20,000 nucleotides of DNA from an uncultured virus (IMG/VR IMGVR_UViG_2687453487_000001) (taxonomy: Duplodnaviria > Heunggongvirae > Uroviricota > Caudoviricetes), in IMG/VR virus record IMGVR_UViG_2687453487_000001; one strand, given 5' to 3'. Each line of letters starts with the position of its first letter. Positions within the stretch are counted from its first letter, which is position 1. Both the position numbers and the translations under genes were made by a program. This document shows, piece by piece, positions 7,652-17,137 of this stretch. The notes under the pieces were generated by a model that saw nothing but the letters and a program-made list of their open reading frames with translations, made no database searches and had not been told where the DNA came from.

Positions 7652-10600
7652 ATGCGCCAGCCGGTCACGGCCCGCGCACGCGCTGCGTTGGAGCAGCCGT
7701 GTGCCATTGCACAACAACACTGCGATCGCGCAGGTACCGCAGACACCGCCAGCCGGCACGACCGCGCCAGGCGCTCGTTCGTGGCACGGTCCATTGCTGC
7801 CGCCGTTGCGCTTATCAGCTGGCTCGGCCCGGTGCAGGTCTCCTGGCAGGCGGCCCGGCAGAGCGCCGCCACGATTGCACTGCACGGCACAACCGTCGAT
7901 AGCCCATTCACATCGTGGCGCACCACAGGCCGCCTGCTGGTGCGCTGGGGCCTGCGGCAAGCGCAGGCTGGCGCCATCACCGATCCCACCGCGCCGATCC
8001 GCTTCACGCCCACCCTCACGCAGACCACGGGGCAGGGCGGGGGCGTACCGGTTGTGAACGTCACGACGCCGAACTCAAGCGGCCTGTCGTACAACCTGCT
8101 GCGCTCGCTGACGGTCGATGGCATCGGCCTGATCCTGAACAACAGCCTGGCCGGCGGCGGCACGCTCCTGGGCGGCAACGTCGGCGGTAACGCGAACCTG
8201 GCCACGTCGGGCCCGGCCTCGACCATCCTGACGCAGGTCACGGGCACCGATCCGATCCGCATCAACGGCACGGTGGAGGTGTTCGGCACGCCGGCCAGCG
8301 TGATCTTTTCCGCGCCAGCGGGCATCTATACGCAGGGCGCGGGGTTCACCAATACGCCACGGGTGACGCTGTCCAGCGGTACACCGCAGTTTCTGAACGG
8401 CAGCGGCGCAAACGTTTCATTCGACCAGGCCACCGCGGTGGGCTTCCTGGTCAATAGCGGGCGCATCCAGATCGACCCGGCGGCGGGCTCCACGGCCGGT
8501 GCGGGGATCGAGGGCACGGTCGGGGCGATCAACCTGATCGGCCAGACGGTGGGCGTCAATGCGCCGCTGTACGCGGGCAATCAGATCAACGTGATCGCGG
8601 GGAACCAGCAGGTCGTGCCGGTGGCGACGGGCACGGGCCGGGCGGGTTCCGACTGGCAGGTGAGCGGCGCGGGCGCCAATGCGGCGGCCAACAGCGCGAG
8701 CGCGCAGAACGGCCTGGCGATCGACGCGACGGCGTTCGGCGCGATGACGGCGGGGCAGATCAAGCTGATCTCGACGGCGCAGGGGCTGGGCGTGCGCGCC
8801 GCCGGCGACCTGGCGGCCAATACCAGCAACGTCAATATCGATGCCAATGGCGATGTCAGCGTCGGCAATGTGTACGGGCAGCAGACCGCCGGCATTACGA
8901 CGACGGGGTCGGTGAGCACGAGCGGCGCCGTCCGAGCGCAGCAGGACGTGACGATTGGGGCGGGCGGCGACGTGACGCTTGGCGGTGCAGCGCAGGCGGG
9001 CAACAACGTGACGGTGAGCGCGGGCGGCAATGTTGCCGGATCGGGCGATCTGGCTGCGGCCAAGGCGCTGAACGTGAGCGCGGGCAAGAGCGTCAACCTG
9101 GGCGGCAACCTGAACGCGGCCAACATTGCCGTGACGGCGCAGGGTACGGGCGGTACGGGCGATCTCACGCTGGGTGGGAACGTGTCGTCTCCGAACACCA
9201 TCCAGCTGAACGCGGCGCGCGACGCTTCCATTGCCGGTCCGCTGACCACGGGCGGCGATCTGCGATTGACGGCCGGCCGCGACATCGCGATCGGCGGCGC
9301 GGTGCAGAGCACGGGGGCATCGGTACTCGGCGCGGCCCGCGATCTCCATGTCGCCGGTACCGGTTCCGTCACGGCGGGCGCGACGACAACCGCGACGGCT
9401 GGCCGCAACCTGGGTGTGGACGGGACGGTTTCCTCCCGCGGCGATATCCGGCTCGATGCCATGGACGGTCAGGTGGCATCCACGGGGTCGCTCATTTCCG
9501 GTGGCGGCATCACGGCTACGGCTGGCGGTGCCAATGGGGACATCGCTCTGGGCGGCAAGGTCTCGGCGCCCGGCTCCGTGACGCTGGCCGCCGCGCGCAA
9601 TGCGACGGTTGGCGGACAGCTCGTGACCGGGACTGACCTGACGATCGGGGCCAAGCAGGATGTTGCCGTTACGGGGGCGGTCCAGAGCGTGGGCGCGACG
9701 ACGCTCACGGGTGGCCGGGACATCGGCATCGCGAGCACCGGCGCCGTCATTGCGGGGACCACGACAACGGCGGCCGCCGGCCGTCATCTCCTCCTCTTGG
9801 GCAGTACGGCCTCGGGTGGCGACACCCAGCTGACCGCGACGGGGGTGCTGGCGACTGCGGGTACCGTGCTTGCGGGCGGTAACGTCAGTGCGAGCGGGCA
9901 GGGCGGTGTCGCCCTGGGCGGCACGGTGTATGCCACGCGCGGCGTGACGGCGCAATCGGGCGGCGGAGCAATCGGTGTCACCGGCAGCGTCATCGCTCAC
10001 GGCGGTAGCGCCGTGTTGACCGGGACGGATGTGACCGTCTCCGGCACGACGCAGTCCAGTGGGGATACGGCGCTGACCGCGACGCAGGGAAGCGTGGCCG
10101 TCGATGGTCAATCCGCTGCGGTGGGCAACCTGAATATCTCGGCCGCGCAGGACATTGCCGGTCAAGGCACCACCACCAGCGTCGGCAACACAACCCTTGC
10201 GGCGGGCCGCGATATTGCCCGCACGGGGGGCAGCCAGGCGGCGGGCAATCTGACCGCGACGGCCGGAAACCGTCTTGCCATGGCGGCACTGCCTGTGGTC
10301 GGCGGGGATGCCACCCTGAGCGGGGCGAGCGTCGCGCTGGGGGCCACCGGCAAGAGCAGCCAGATCAAGGGCACGCTCACCGCCACCGGGGCGCAAGGTG
10401 TCACGACGGCCGGCACCATCAACGCGGGGTCGGCGAAGCTGACCGGCGGTGCGGTCAACAATATCGGCACCGTCACGGCGTCGAACACGTTGACCGTCAC
10501 CGGTTCCACCATCACCAACAGCGGCACGCTGGGCGGTGCGACAACCAGCGTGCACGGTACGGATGTGGCCAATGCCGGCCTGATCGGCGGCCAGACGGTC

Positions 10601-13600
10601 AGCGTCACGGCGGACAACACGCTCAGCAACCAGAACGGCACGCTGCTCGGTACCAAGTCGCTGGCCGTGGCCGCCAACACGCTGACGAGCAACCGCAACG
10701 GCGTGATGTTCGCCGGCAGCCCGTCCGGCACTACGGCCGGGCAAGGCGACCTGAGCGCCACGGTGTCGGGCGGGAACGGCAGTTTCAATAACGTGGGCGG
10801 CCAGATCCTGGCGGGCAACAACGCCACGATCAACCTGCGGAACCAGACCGTCGACGGCGCGAACCTCGGCACCATCAACGCCAACGGGGCGCTGACTTAC
10901 AACGTCGGCGCTGTCGCCAACACCGGCGCATGGACCGTGGGCGGCAAGACCGCGACCATCAACGCGGCCAACGGCATCGCCAACACTGGCTCGATCCAGC
11001 ACGCGGGCGATTTGACGCTGAGCACGCACGGTGCGGTGACCAACAACGGGCAGATCATCGCTGGCAACGACCTGGCGGTCGTGGGCGACAGCATCAACAA
11101 CGCAGCCGGCGCGACGCTGCACGCCGATCATGACCTGTCTGTCACAAGTGCCACCACCAACCGGGGCACGGTCGAAGCGCTCAATGACGTCAAGATTGCC
11201 GGGGCCGGCTATGACAACGCTGGCGCACTGACTCAGGCCAACCGCGACCTCAACGTCAATGTGTCGGGCAACGTGCTGAACCAGGGGGGCACGATCGGCG
11301 CCGGGCGCGATGTGAATCTGTCTGCCGGTCAGATCATCAACGATGCGACCGCGTCGGGTGGTGCCAGCACGACCGTGGTGACGGGGCAGGAGGTCAACCC
11401 GACGTACCTGTCGCGGATCGTGATCGGACAGAAGCAGGTGCTGATCTCGGTCGGGGGGACGGCAGACGATGGCCCCCAATACAGCCCATTCTATTTCCCG
11501 ATCACGATCGGCGATCTGAAGCCTAGCGCCAGTGGCGTGATCTCGGCCTATCAGGCGATTGATATCTACACACCCAGCACTGGCGGAGGCGATAACGGTG
11601 CGTCCCCCCAATCGATGGAACTGTGGCATTTTGGCGAGCCGCCCTCCACGACGGGGGCTGCACCGGCCGGCAAGATGGCACCGCTCATCACGCTGCCGAC
11701 CGTCACCCGTACGGAAACGACCACGCAGGATGGGGTCGCCGGCGTCATCCAGGCTGGCCGCAACTTGGCGGTGACAGCCTCCACCCTGTCCAACAACGGC
11801 GGGCGGATCAGTGCAGCTGGCAATCTGAGCATGACGGTCGGCACGCTGAACAATGGCACCTCGGCGGGCGCGACCAAGACCATCACTGAGTCGATCGATC
11901 AGGCGACGCTGAATGCCTTCATGCGGCAACTGGCGACCCAGCTCGGCTGGAACGCCTTCTACACGGGGCCGCTGGCCGTGCTCAGTGAAGGGTGTGGGTA
12001 CCGCGATTGCAATCCGACCCAGGGACTGATTCAGCCGCATTGGATCTGGTTGAACTACACCTCCGACGGTACCGGCAGTGTGAACGGCTTCACCGCCACG
12101 CCGCCCGCCGCGCAGACGACTTTCCAGCAGGCCGCAGGCAAGCAAGGTGTCATCGCCGCCGGCGGCAACATCGACCTGACGCGGGTCGGCACGCTGAACA
12201 ACGGCGGGCAGATCGCCGCCGGCGGCAACGTCGCGCTGGGCGGGTCGGTCAACAATATCGGCCAACAGCTGGTCAATCGCACGACACTGCCCGGCTGCGT
12301 CGGGAATCCCGCAACGTGTACCAACTCGGTCTCCAACGGCTTCTTCGGCGCTGCTGCCGCAGGGCCGTGGGACAGCCCGACGTACGACGTCATCGATCCC
12401 AAGCAGCAGGTCGCCAGCATCGTGGCGGGCGGCACGCTGACCGCCAACGCCGCCCAGCTGACCAATCAGACCGGCACCATCACCGCGGCCGGGAATGTCC
12501 TGATCACGGCGCCCACCGTCACCAACACGGGCGGCACGATCCAATCGAAGGCCGGTTCGGTCACGATCAATGCCGCCAATGGCCTGGTCAACCAGGCCGC
12601 ACCGACGACCACGGTTCACCAGAGCCACGGCTCGGATGTCGGGCCATGCGGCAAGAGCGGCAGCGGCAACTGCGATACGGCCACGCAAACCGCCACCGGC
12701 GACGCCGGCATGATCCTCGCCGCGGGTGACCTGACCGTCAACGCCGGTTCGGTGCGCAACAATGGCGGCGCCATGGTGGCCGGCGGCAACAACACCATCA
12801 CCACGGGCAGCTTTGATAACAGCCCGGTCTTCCTGCGCCAGTACTACCACTGGATGTTCCTGGACCAGGACAGCAACGCGAGCGATCGCTGGGGCTGCGA
12901 CTCGGCGGGCGACATCTCCGGTTGCCAGCGGGCCTTTGGCGGCAACCTTCGCAATGGCACCAACGCCAATGCCGAGAACGCGCCCACCATCGGCGCGCTG
13001 AACTCATACGTGAGCGGCGGCAACCTGACCATCCGCTCGGGCGGCGCCATCATCAATGGCGGCAACATCGAGGGTACGGCGATTTCGCTCTCGGGCGCGA
13101 CGATCACCAACGGCATCACCAACCCGTCGATCCAGACGCCGCCGTCCACCAGCGGCCGGCAGGTGGTGAGCCTGGGCCCGATCGGTACCGCCAATGCGCA
13201 GTTGCCGGTGACGGGGACGCCGGACACCTTCAGCGGTCCGACCACGGTTGTGCAGCAGGGCGTACCGAACCCGTCCAACCCGGGCACCGCGAATGGGCGC
13301 TGGCAGTTCAACCCCGTCGTCGTGACGACCCAGAGCGGCGGCGCGGTGGCATGGCATTTCAATACGCCGCTCGATGGCGCGGCGATGAGCGCGCCGACGG
13401 CGTCCGGCTCTACGGCGCAATACCTGTCGAACAGCCCCGCCACGGCGGTGCTGGGCGGCGTCGGCCCGCAGACGCTGATCAACGCGCTGCCGGCCGACCT
13501 GCGCCCCGGCAGCACACCGTTCTACTACGACCCGCAAGCCGAGAACCAGCGCCTGGACCAGGCCGCCCTCGCGCAGACCGGCCGCACGAGCTTCATCAAC

Positions 13601-15967
13601 GGCCTGACGTACGACAGCCAGACCCACCTGACGGTGGACGATCAGCAAAAGCTGATCCTGTACCAGAACGCCGTCGATTACGCGAAGGCGCACAGCGTCC
13701 AGCTGGGCCAGGCCCTGACGCCGGGCCAGCTGGCCGCGCTGGACAAGCCGATGCTGTGGTACGTGACGCAGCAGGTGCCGGATCCGAACTGCCTGAGCGG
13801 CGCGTGCCCGATGGTCAGCGCGCTGGTGCCGCAGGTGTACCTGCCGCAGGGTTACAGCGGGATCGAGCCGGGCGGCAGCATCGTCGCGAGCAAGTCGTTG
13901 GAGCTGCTGGCCGACAGCCCGATCCGCAACACCGGCACGCTGGGCTCGTACGGCACGCTGACGAGCAACACCACCATCATCAACGAGCAGCGCGCTGCAG
14001 AGATGACGGCGGCGTGGCAGCCGATCGAGGACGGCTGGGCGCGGACGACGGGGCAGCAGGGGCAGGCCAACAGCGGGTTCGTGTTTGCGGCCAACGCGGC
14101 GGGCATTGCGGGGCAGATCCAGAACATCAATGGTGTCGTAGCGCAGCTGAATGCGGACGGCACGATGAGCGCGGCGGAGGCTGCGCGGGTGGCTGCGGCG
14201 GTTCAGGCTGGTATGCAGGCGGTGACGAGCACGCACACGGACACCTTTGTGCGCTCGGAAGGCTGGTTCGGACAACTGTTCGCCGGCGTGGTGATGGTGG
14301 CCATTGGGATCATGACGGGCGGCGCGGCGATGGCCGCGTATGCCGGGGTGGGCGCGACCCTGACCGTGGGTCAGGCCATGGCTCAGGCGGCGATTAGTTC
14401 GATGACAACCAATGCCATGCAGCAGACGAGCAGCGGCATGGGTTTCAGCTTCGGTGCGTTGGTCAAGGCGGGGGCTACGTCGGCACTGACGGCGGGCCTC
14501 ACACAAGGCATCACGATCGGTGCAGATGGCACGCTGGGGACAGCGGATAGCCTGAGCTCGGTGGCGTCGGATCGGAGCATTGCGGCGCTGTCGGGCACGA
14601 AGGCCGTTGGTGACGGCTTGACGCAGGCTAGCGCTGCGACTGGCACGTTGGGCCAGCAATTGGCTGCGCTGGCGCTGGATGCCAGCATCAAGGCAGGTGT
14701 CAACACCGCGATCAACGGCGGCAGTTTCCTGACGAATCTGCGTGATAGCGCTGTGAACGATTTGGCGGCGATAGCAGCGTACGGCATTGGGAATCTCAAC
14801 GCGAACGGTACGCTGGTGGGGCCTGCGTACTATGCGGCGCACGCGTTGCTGGGCTGCGCCAGTTCTGCGGCACTGGGCACCGGGTGCGGTGGTGGCGCGA
14901 TTGGTGGAGTGACCAGTGCCCTGCTGGCGCCGGACATCATCAAAGCGATCGATCCGACGGGGGCGCCGCTGGATGCGGGTCAGCAGGCTGTGCTGGCTGC
15001 CTTTGCGGGACTGGCAGGCGGTGGCATGGCTGGCGCGCTGGGGCAGAACGTCCAGGGCGGGATGGCAGCGGCTCAGAACGAAGCGCTGAACAACTCGGGA
15101 AATCACGCTGAGGATGCGGCTAAGAAAGGTGGCTTGCTGAATCAATCTTGGGATGCCGTAGTCGACTGGGCGAAATGGACCTATAGCAATCCGATTGGTG
15201 ATACCGAGCGAGGGCTCCGGAATTTCCTTTCGGTCGGGCAGCGTAACGGGCGTGATGCGCAGACGGACCCGAATCGGCAGCTGGATCCCAATGGCGGCGG
15301 GTCGAATACCGGGAGTCCGAGTGCACCTGCAGTCGTGGTTGCCTTCGGCGCGATACTGTGTTTGCTGTCCGGAGGGACGGCCTGCGGCATGATGATGGTG
15401 CCCGTACCGGCACCATCGGGGTCGCCGCCGGGTAATGCGATTCTGTCGAGTAGCAGCAGTGGTAGTGACTCTGGTGGGAGCGCAAGCGGGCAGGGCTCGA
15501 GTAGCGCAGCAAGCGGTTCGCCCAGCACCCTTGCCAACAACAGGCTGACGGGTAAGGTCGCGGAGGTTGAAGTGGGAACAAGCCTGAAAGGCCAGGGCCT
15601 TGATGTTCAGCCCCAAGTAAGTATGACCAGCGACTCAACCCGCGCCGTTGCGGATTTTGCCGTCAATGGTCGCCCCAATGCGACGGTTCAGGTCCCGCAA
15701 GGCTATGTGGCTGAAGACATTAGTGGCAAACCGTTGCTTGGCGCCAACGGTGCGCCGATAAAATCGTTTAATCTAAACGCTCAGGGACAAGCCATTGTTG
15801 AAGTCAAGACTGGTGGTGCGGCGCTTACCTCAAATCAAAGCAACGTATATCCTGCCGTTCAATCTGGGGCGGCAAAACCTGTTGGTGGTAACGCGACCAA
15901 TGCCTTTGGAGCTCCGCTGCCAGAAAATTTGGAGAAGACACCAGTTGTGGTTCTGCGGAAAAAATGA
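7652..15967 (+). CDS. cdiA: CdiA/BcpA-like filamentous haemagglutinin-family TpsA exoprotein with C-terminal polymorphic nuclease toxin (2771 aa)
   Basis: RBS GGGGAG at 7638-7643. TPS domain (VPVVNVTTPNSSGLSYN, LILNN, ILTQV), Gly/Ala/Thr-rich FHA repeats, conserved 'YYDP..ENQ...LVPQVYL' region and a DUF637-like helical region. NEALNN at 15077-15094 resembles the Burkholderia Nx(E/Q)LYN motif. The CT has E...D...EVK...Q. Confidence 0.88.
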   Translation: MRQPVTARARAALEQPCAIAQQHCDRAGTADTASRHDRARRSFVARSIAAAVALISWLGPVQVSWQAARQSAATIALHGTTVDSPFTSWRTTGRLLVRWGLRQAQAGAITDPTAPIRFTPTLTQTTGQGGGVPVVNVTTPNSSGLSYNLLRSLTVDGIGLILNNSLAGGGTLLGGNVGGNANLATSGPASTILTQVTGTDPIRINGTVEVFGTPASVIFSAPAGIYTQGAGFTNTPRVTLSSGTPQFLNGSGANVSFDQATAVGFLVNSGRIQIDPAAGSTAGAGIEGTVGAINLIGQTVGVNAPLYAGNQINVIAGNQQVVPVATGTGRAGSDWQVSGAGANAAANSASAQNGLAIDATAFGAMTAGQIKLISTAQGLGVRAAGDLAANTSNVNIDANGDVSVGNVYGQQTAGITTTGSVSTSGAVRAQQDVTIGAGGDVTLGGAAQAGNNVTVSAGGNVAGSGDLAAAKALNVSAGKSVNLGGNLNAANIAVTAQGTGGTGDLTLGGNVSSPNTIQLNAARDASIAGPLTTGGDLRLTAGRDIAIGGAVQSTGASVLGAARDLHVAGTGSVTAGATTTATAGRNLGVDGTVSSRGDIRLDAMDGQVASTGSLISGGGITATAGGANGDIALGGKVSAPGSVTLAAARNATVGGQLVTGTDLTIGAKQDVAVTGAVQSVGATTLTGGRDIGIASTGAVIAGTTTTAAAGRHLLLLGSTASGGDTQLTATGVLATAGTVLAGGNVSASGQGGVALGGTVYATRGVTAQSGGGAIGVTGSVIAHGGSAVLTGTDVTVSGTTQSSGDTALTATQGSVAVDGQSAAVGNLNISAAQDIAGQGTTTSVGNTTLAAGRDIARTGGSQAAGNLTATAGNRLAMAALPVVGGDATLSGASVALGATGKSSQIKGTLTATGAQGVTTAGTINAGSAKLTGGAVNNIGTVTASNTLTVTGSTITNSGTLGGATTSVHGTDVANAGLIGGQTVSVTADNTLSNQNGTLLGTKSLAVAANTLTSNRNGVMFAGSPSGTTAGQGDLSATVSGGNGSFNNVGGQILAGNNATINLRNQTVDGANLGTINANGALTYNVGAVANTGAWTVGGKTATINAANGIANTGSIQHAGDLTLSTHGAVTNNGQIIAGNDLAVVGDSINNAAGATLHADHDLSVTSATTNRGTVEALNDVKIAGAGYDNAGALTQANRDLNVNVSGNVLNQGGTIGAGRDVNLSAGQIINDATASGGASTTVVTGQEVNPTYLSRIVIGQKQVLISVGGTADDGPQYSPFYFPITIGDLKPSASGVISAYQAIDIYTPSTGGGDNGASPQSMELWHFGEPPSTTGAAPAGKMAPLITLPTVTRTETTTQDGVAGVIQAGRNLAVTASTLSNNGGRISAAGNLSMTVGTLNNGTSAGATKTITESIDQATLNAFMRQLATQLGWNAFYTGPLAVLSEGCGYRDCNPTQGLIQPHWIWLNYTSDGTGSVNGFTATPPAAQTTFQQAAGKQGVIAAGGNIDLTRVGTLNNGGQIAAGGNVALGGSVNNIGQQLVNRTTLPGCVGNPATCTNSVSNGFFGAAAAGPWDSPTYDVIDPKQQVASIVAGGTLTANAAQLTNQTGTITAAGNVLITAPTVTNTGGTIQSKAGSVTINAANGLVNQAAPTTTVHQSHGSDVGPCGKSGSGNCDTATQTATGDAGMILAAGDLTVNAGSVRNNGGAMVAGGNNTITTGSFDNSPVFLRQYYHWMFLDQDSNASDRWGCDSAGDISGCQRAFGGNLRNGTNANAENAPTIGALNSYVSGGNLTIRSGGAIINGGNIEGTAISLSGATITNGITNPSIQTPPSTSGRQVVSLGPIGTANAQLPVTGTPDTFSGPTTVVQQGVPNPSNPGTANGRWQFNPVVVTTQSGGAVAWHFNTPLDGAAMSAPTASGSTAQYLSNSPATAVLGGVGPQTLINALPADLRPGSTPFYYDPQAENQRLDQAALAQTGRTSFINGLTYDSQTHLTVDDQQKLILYQNAVDYAKAHSVQLGQALTPGQLAALDKPMLWYVTQQVPDPNCLSGACPMVSALVPQVYLPQGYSGIEPGGSIVASKSLELLADSPIRNTGTLGSYGTLTSNTTIINEQRAAEMTAAWQPIEDGWARTTGQQGQANSGFVFAANAAGIAGQIQNINGVVAQLNADGTMSAAEAARVAAAVQAGMQAVTSTHTDTFVRSEGWFGQLFAGVVMVAIGIMTGGAAMAAYAGVGATLTVGQAMAQAAISSMTTNAMQQTSSGMGFSFGALVKAGATSALTAGLTQGITIGADGTLGTADSLSSVASDRSIAALSGTKAVGDGLTQASAATGTLGQQLAALALDASIKAGVNTAINGGSFLTNLRDSAVNDLAAIAAYGIGNLNANGTLVGPAYYAAHALLGCASSAALGTGCGGGAIGGVTSALLAPDIIKAIDPTGAPLDAGQQAVLAAFAGLAGGGMAGALGQNVQGGMAAAQNEALNNSGNHAEDAAKKGGLLNQSWDAVVDWAKWTYSNPIGDTERGLRNFLSVGQRNGRDAQTDPNRQLDPNGGGSNTGSPSAPAVVVAFGAILCLLSGGTACGMMMVPVPAPSGSPPGNAILSSSSSGSDSGGSASGQGSSSAASGSPSTLANNRLTGKVAEVEVGTSLKGQGLDVQPQVSMTSDSTRAVADFAVNGRPNATVQVPQGYVAEDISGKPLLGANGAPIKSFNLNAQGQAIVEVKTGGAALTSNQSNVYPAVQSGAAKPVGGNATNAFGAPLPENLEKTPVVVLRKK
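9158..9901 (+). repeat. Degenerate tandem duplication (~126 aa unit) within the FHA repeat stalk
   Basis: GDLTLGGNVSSPNTIQLNAARDA...GAVQSTGA...TTTATAGR starts at 9158; GDIALGGKVSAPGSVTLAAARNA...GAVQSVGA...TTTAAAGR starts at 9536. Offset 378 nt. Confidence 0.7.
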
Positions 15968-15978
15968 GGTGCGATGTT

Positions 15979-16698
15979 ATGACAGCGTTTAAATCTGATG
16001 TCTATGAAATTTGCCGCGAGGTTGCGGCTGAATTTTCGGGGTGGAGCTTTTTATCTGGTCAATTCAAAAACAAAGAATTAAAACACACCGATTTGATTAT
16101 CCATCTTGGATTCGGATTTGAGGGCGGCACGACACCTGTCCAGCCAAATATTTATATCATCAATAAAAGGGTTTCAAAACTCTGTAAGAGTATATTTGGG
16201 GCGGATGGGTACGCGTCAATTGTTAGCCTTCAGACGGTGGCCCACGCGCTCGAATATACGCCAGAGAAATTGAGAACAGGGTTTTGGGTTGTGCAAGATA
16301 AGGCGGAGTTTTTATCTCTTGGGCAAGCGAGTCAGGCTGTTGAAGATGTGACGCTGGACATGATTGAGGCCCGTTCTGCACTCATTGCAACGATGAAAGA
16401 TGGAATTTCATTTATTGAAAATCACTACGATCTGAGCGATGAGGATGCATTTTTGAGAGGTTTGCCGGTGAAGTACACAACACGTCACGTGAATTCTCCA
16501 TATGACCAAATGGAAAAGATGAAGGGCGTGATGATTTGCCTTGTGCGAATATTGCTTGGTGATTTTGACTTTGTTTTGAATTACCGTGGTGATGAATTCA
16601 AGACATTATTTCCGAAGCGATTTGCGGAGTTGGATAAGATCATTGCAGCGTTGCCGGAATTAAAGAGGAAGTATGACGAAACTGGGTCGGTAGTTTGA
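15979..16698 (+). CDS. Putative cognate immunity protein (CdiI-like, 239 aa; alternative start 15964)
   Basis: Immediately downstream of the toxin gene and markedly AT-rich compared with its flanks. GAGG at 15966-15969 precedes ATG 15979; ATG 15964 overlaps the toxin stop. No recognisable family. Confidence 0.75.
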   Translation: MTAFKSDVYEICREVAAEFSGWSFLSGQFKNKELKHTDLIIHLGFGFEGGTTPVQPNIYIINKRVSKLCKSIFGADGYASIVSLQTVAHALEYTPEKLRTGFWVVQDKAEFLSLGQASQAVEDVTLDMIEARSALIATMKDGISFIENHYDLSDEDAFLRGLPVKYTTRHVNSPYDQMEKMKGVMICLVRILLGDFDFVLNYRGDEFKTLFPKRFAELDKIIAALPELKRKYDETGSVV

Positions 16699-16723
16699 GG
16701 CAATTGGAAAACTATGCTGCTAG

Positions 16724-17137
16724 GGAATGCCTGCATAAAACCGCGCGTGATGTGGTTGCAAACGGAAGCCGAGCCAGCGAGCAAGTAGGCCATTGGAAAA
16801 ACAGACCTTGGACTGAACCTGTCGATCAAGCACACGCGCACGGGAGTTCCTGGAGGAGATGGATCGCGTGACGCCGTGAGCCGATCTGGTGGCATTGTCG
16901 CGCCCTACGCACCGGGAAGGGGGGGCCACCGTTTGCGGTGGAGACGATGCTGCGCACCCATTTCCTGCAGCAGTGGTTCGGTCTGGCCGACCCGGCGATG
17001 GAGGAGGCGTTGCACGACGTGCCGTTGTACGGCGAATTTGCCGGGCTGGACAACTGGACGATGAGGCTGCCTGATGAGAGCACCATCCTGCGGTTTCGTC
17101 ACCTGCTGGAGAAACACAAGCTGGCCGCGCAGATACT
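16724..17137 (+). mobile_element. Truncated IS5-family insertion sequence (left end only)
   Basis: CTAG (16720-16723, an IS5-type target) is followed by an IR-like GGAATGCCTGCATAA and then transposase N-terminal coding sequence. No right end seen. Confidence 0.7.
16795..17137 (+). pseudogene. IS5-family transposase pseudogene (N-terminal fragment)
   Basis: Across frames: DLGLNLS...EFLEEMDRVTP*ADLVAL...APYAP...PPFAVETMLRTHFLQQWFGLADPAMEEALHD...LPDESTILRFRHLLEKHKLAAQIL. Premature TGA at 16877-16879, frameshifts, and the DDE domain is absent. Confidence 0.88.

Noticed and set aside
8417..12850. 1477-aa minus-strand ORF (also 13004-15616, 17505-19970, 145-1929, 3007-3996 and 4069-5328)
   Set aside because: Antisense shadows of GC-rich, codon-biased genes on the + strand; Arg/Ala-rich with no domain motifs.
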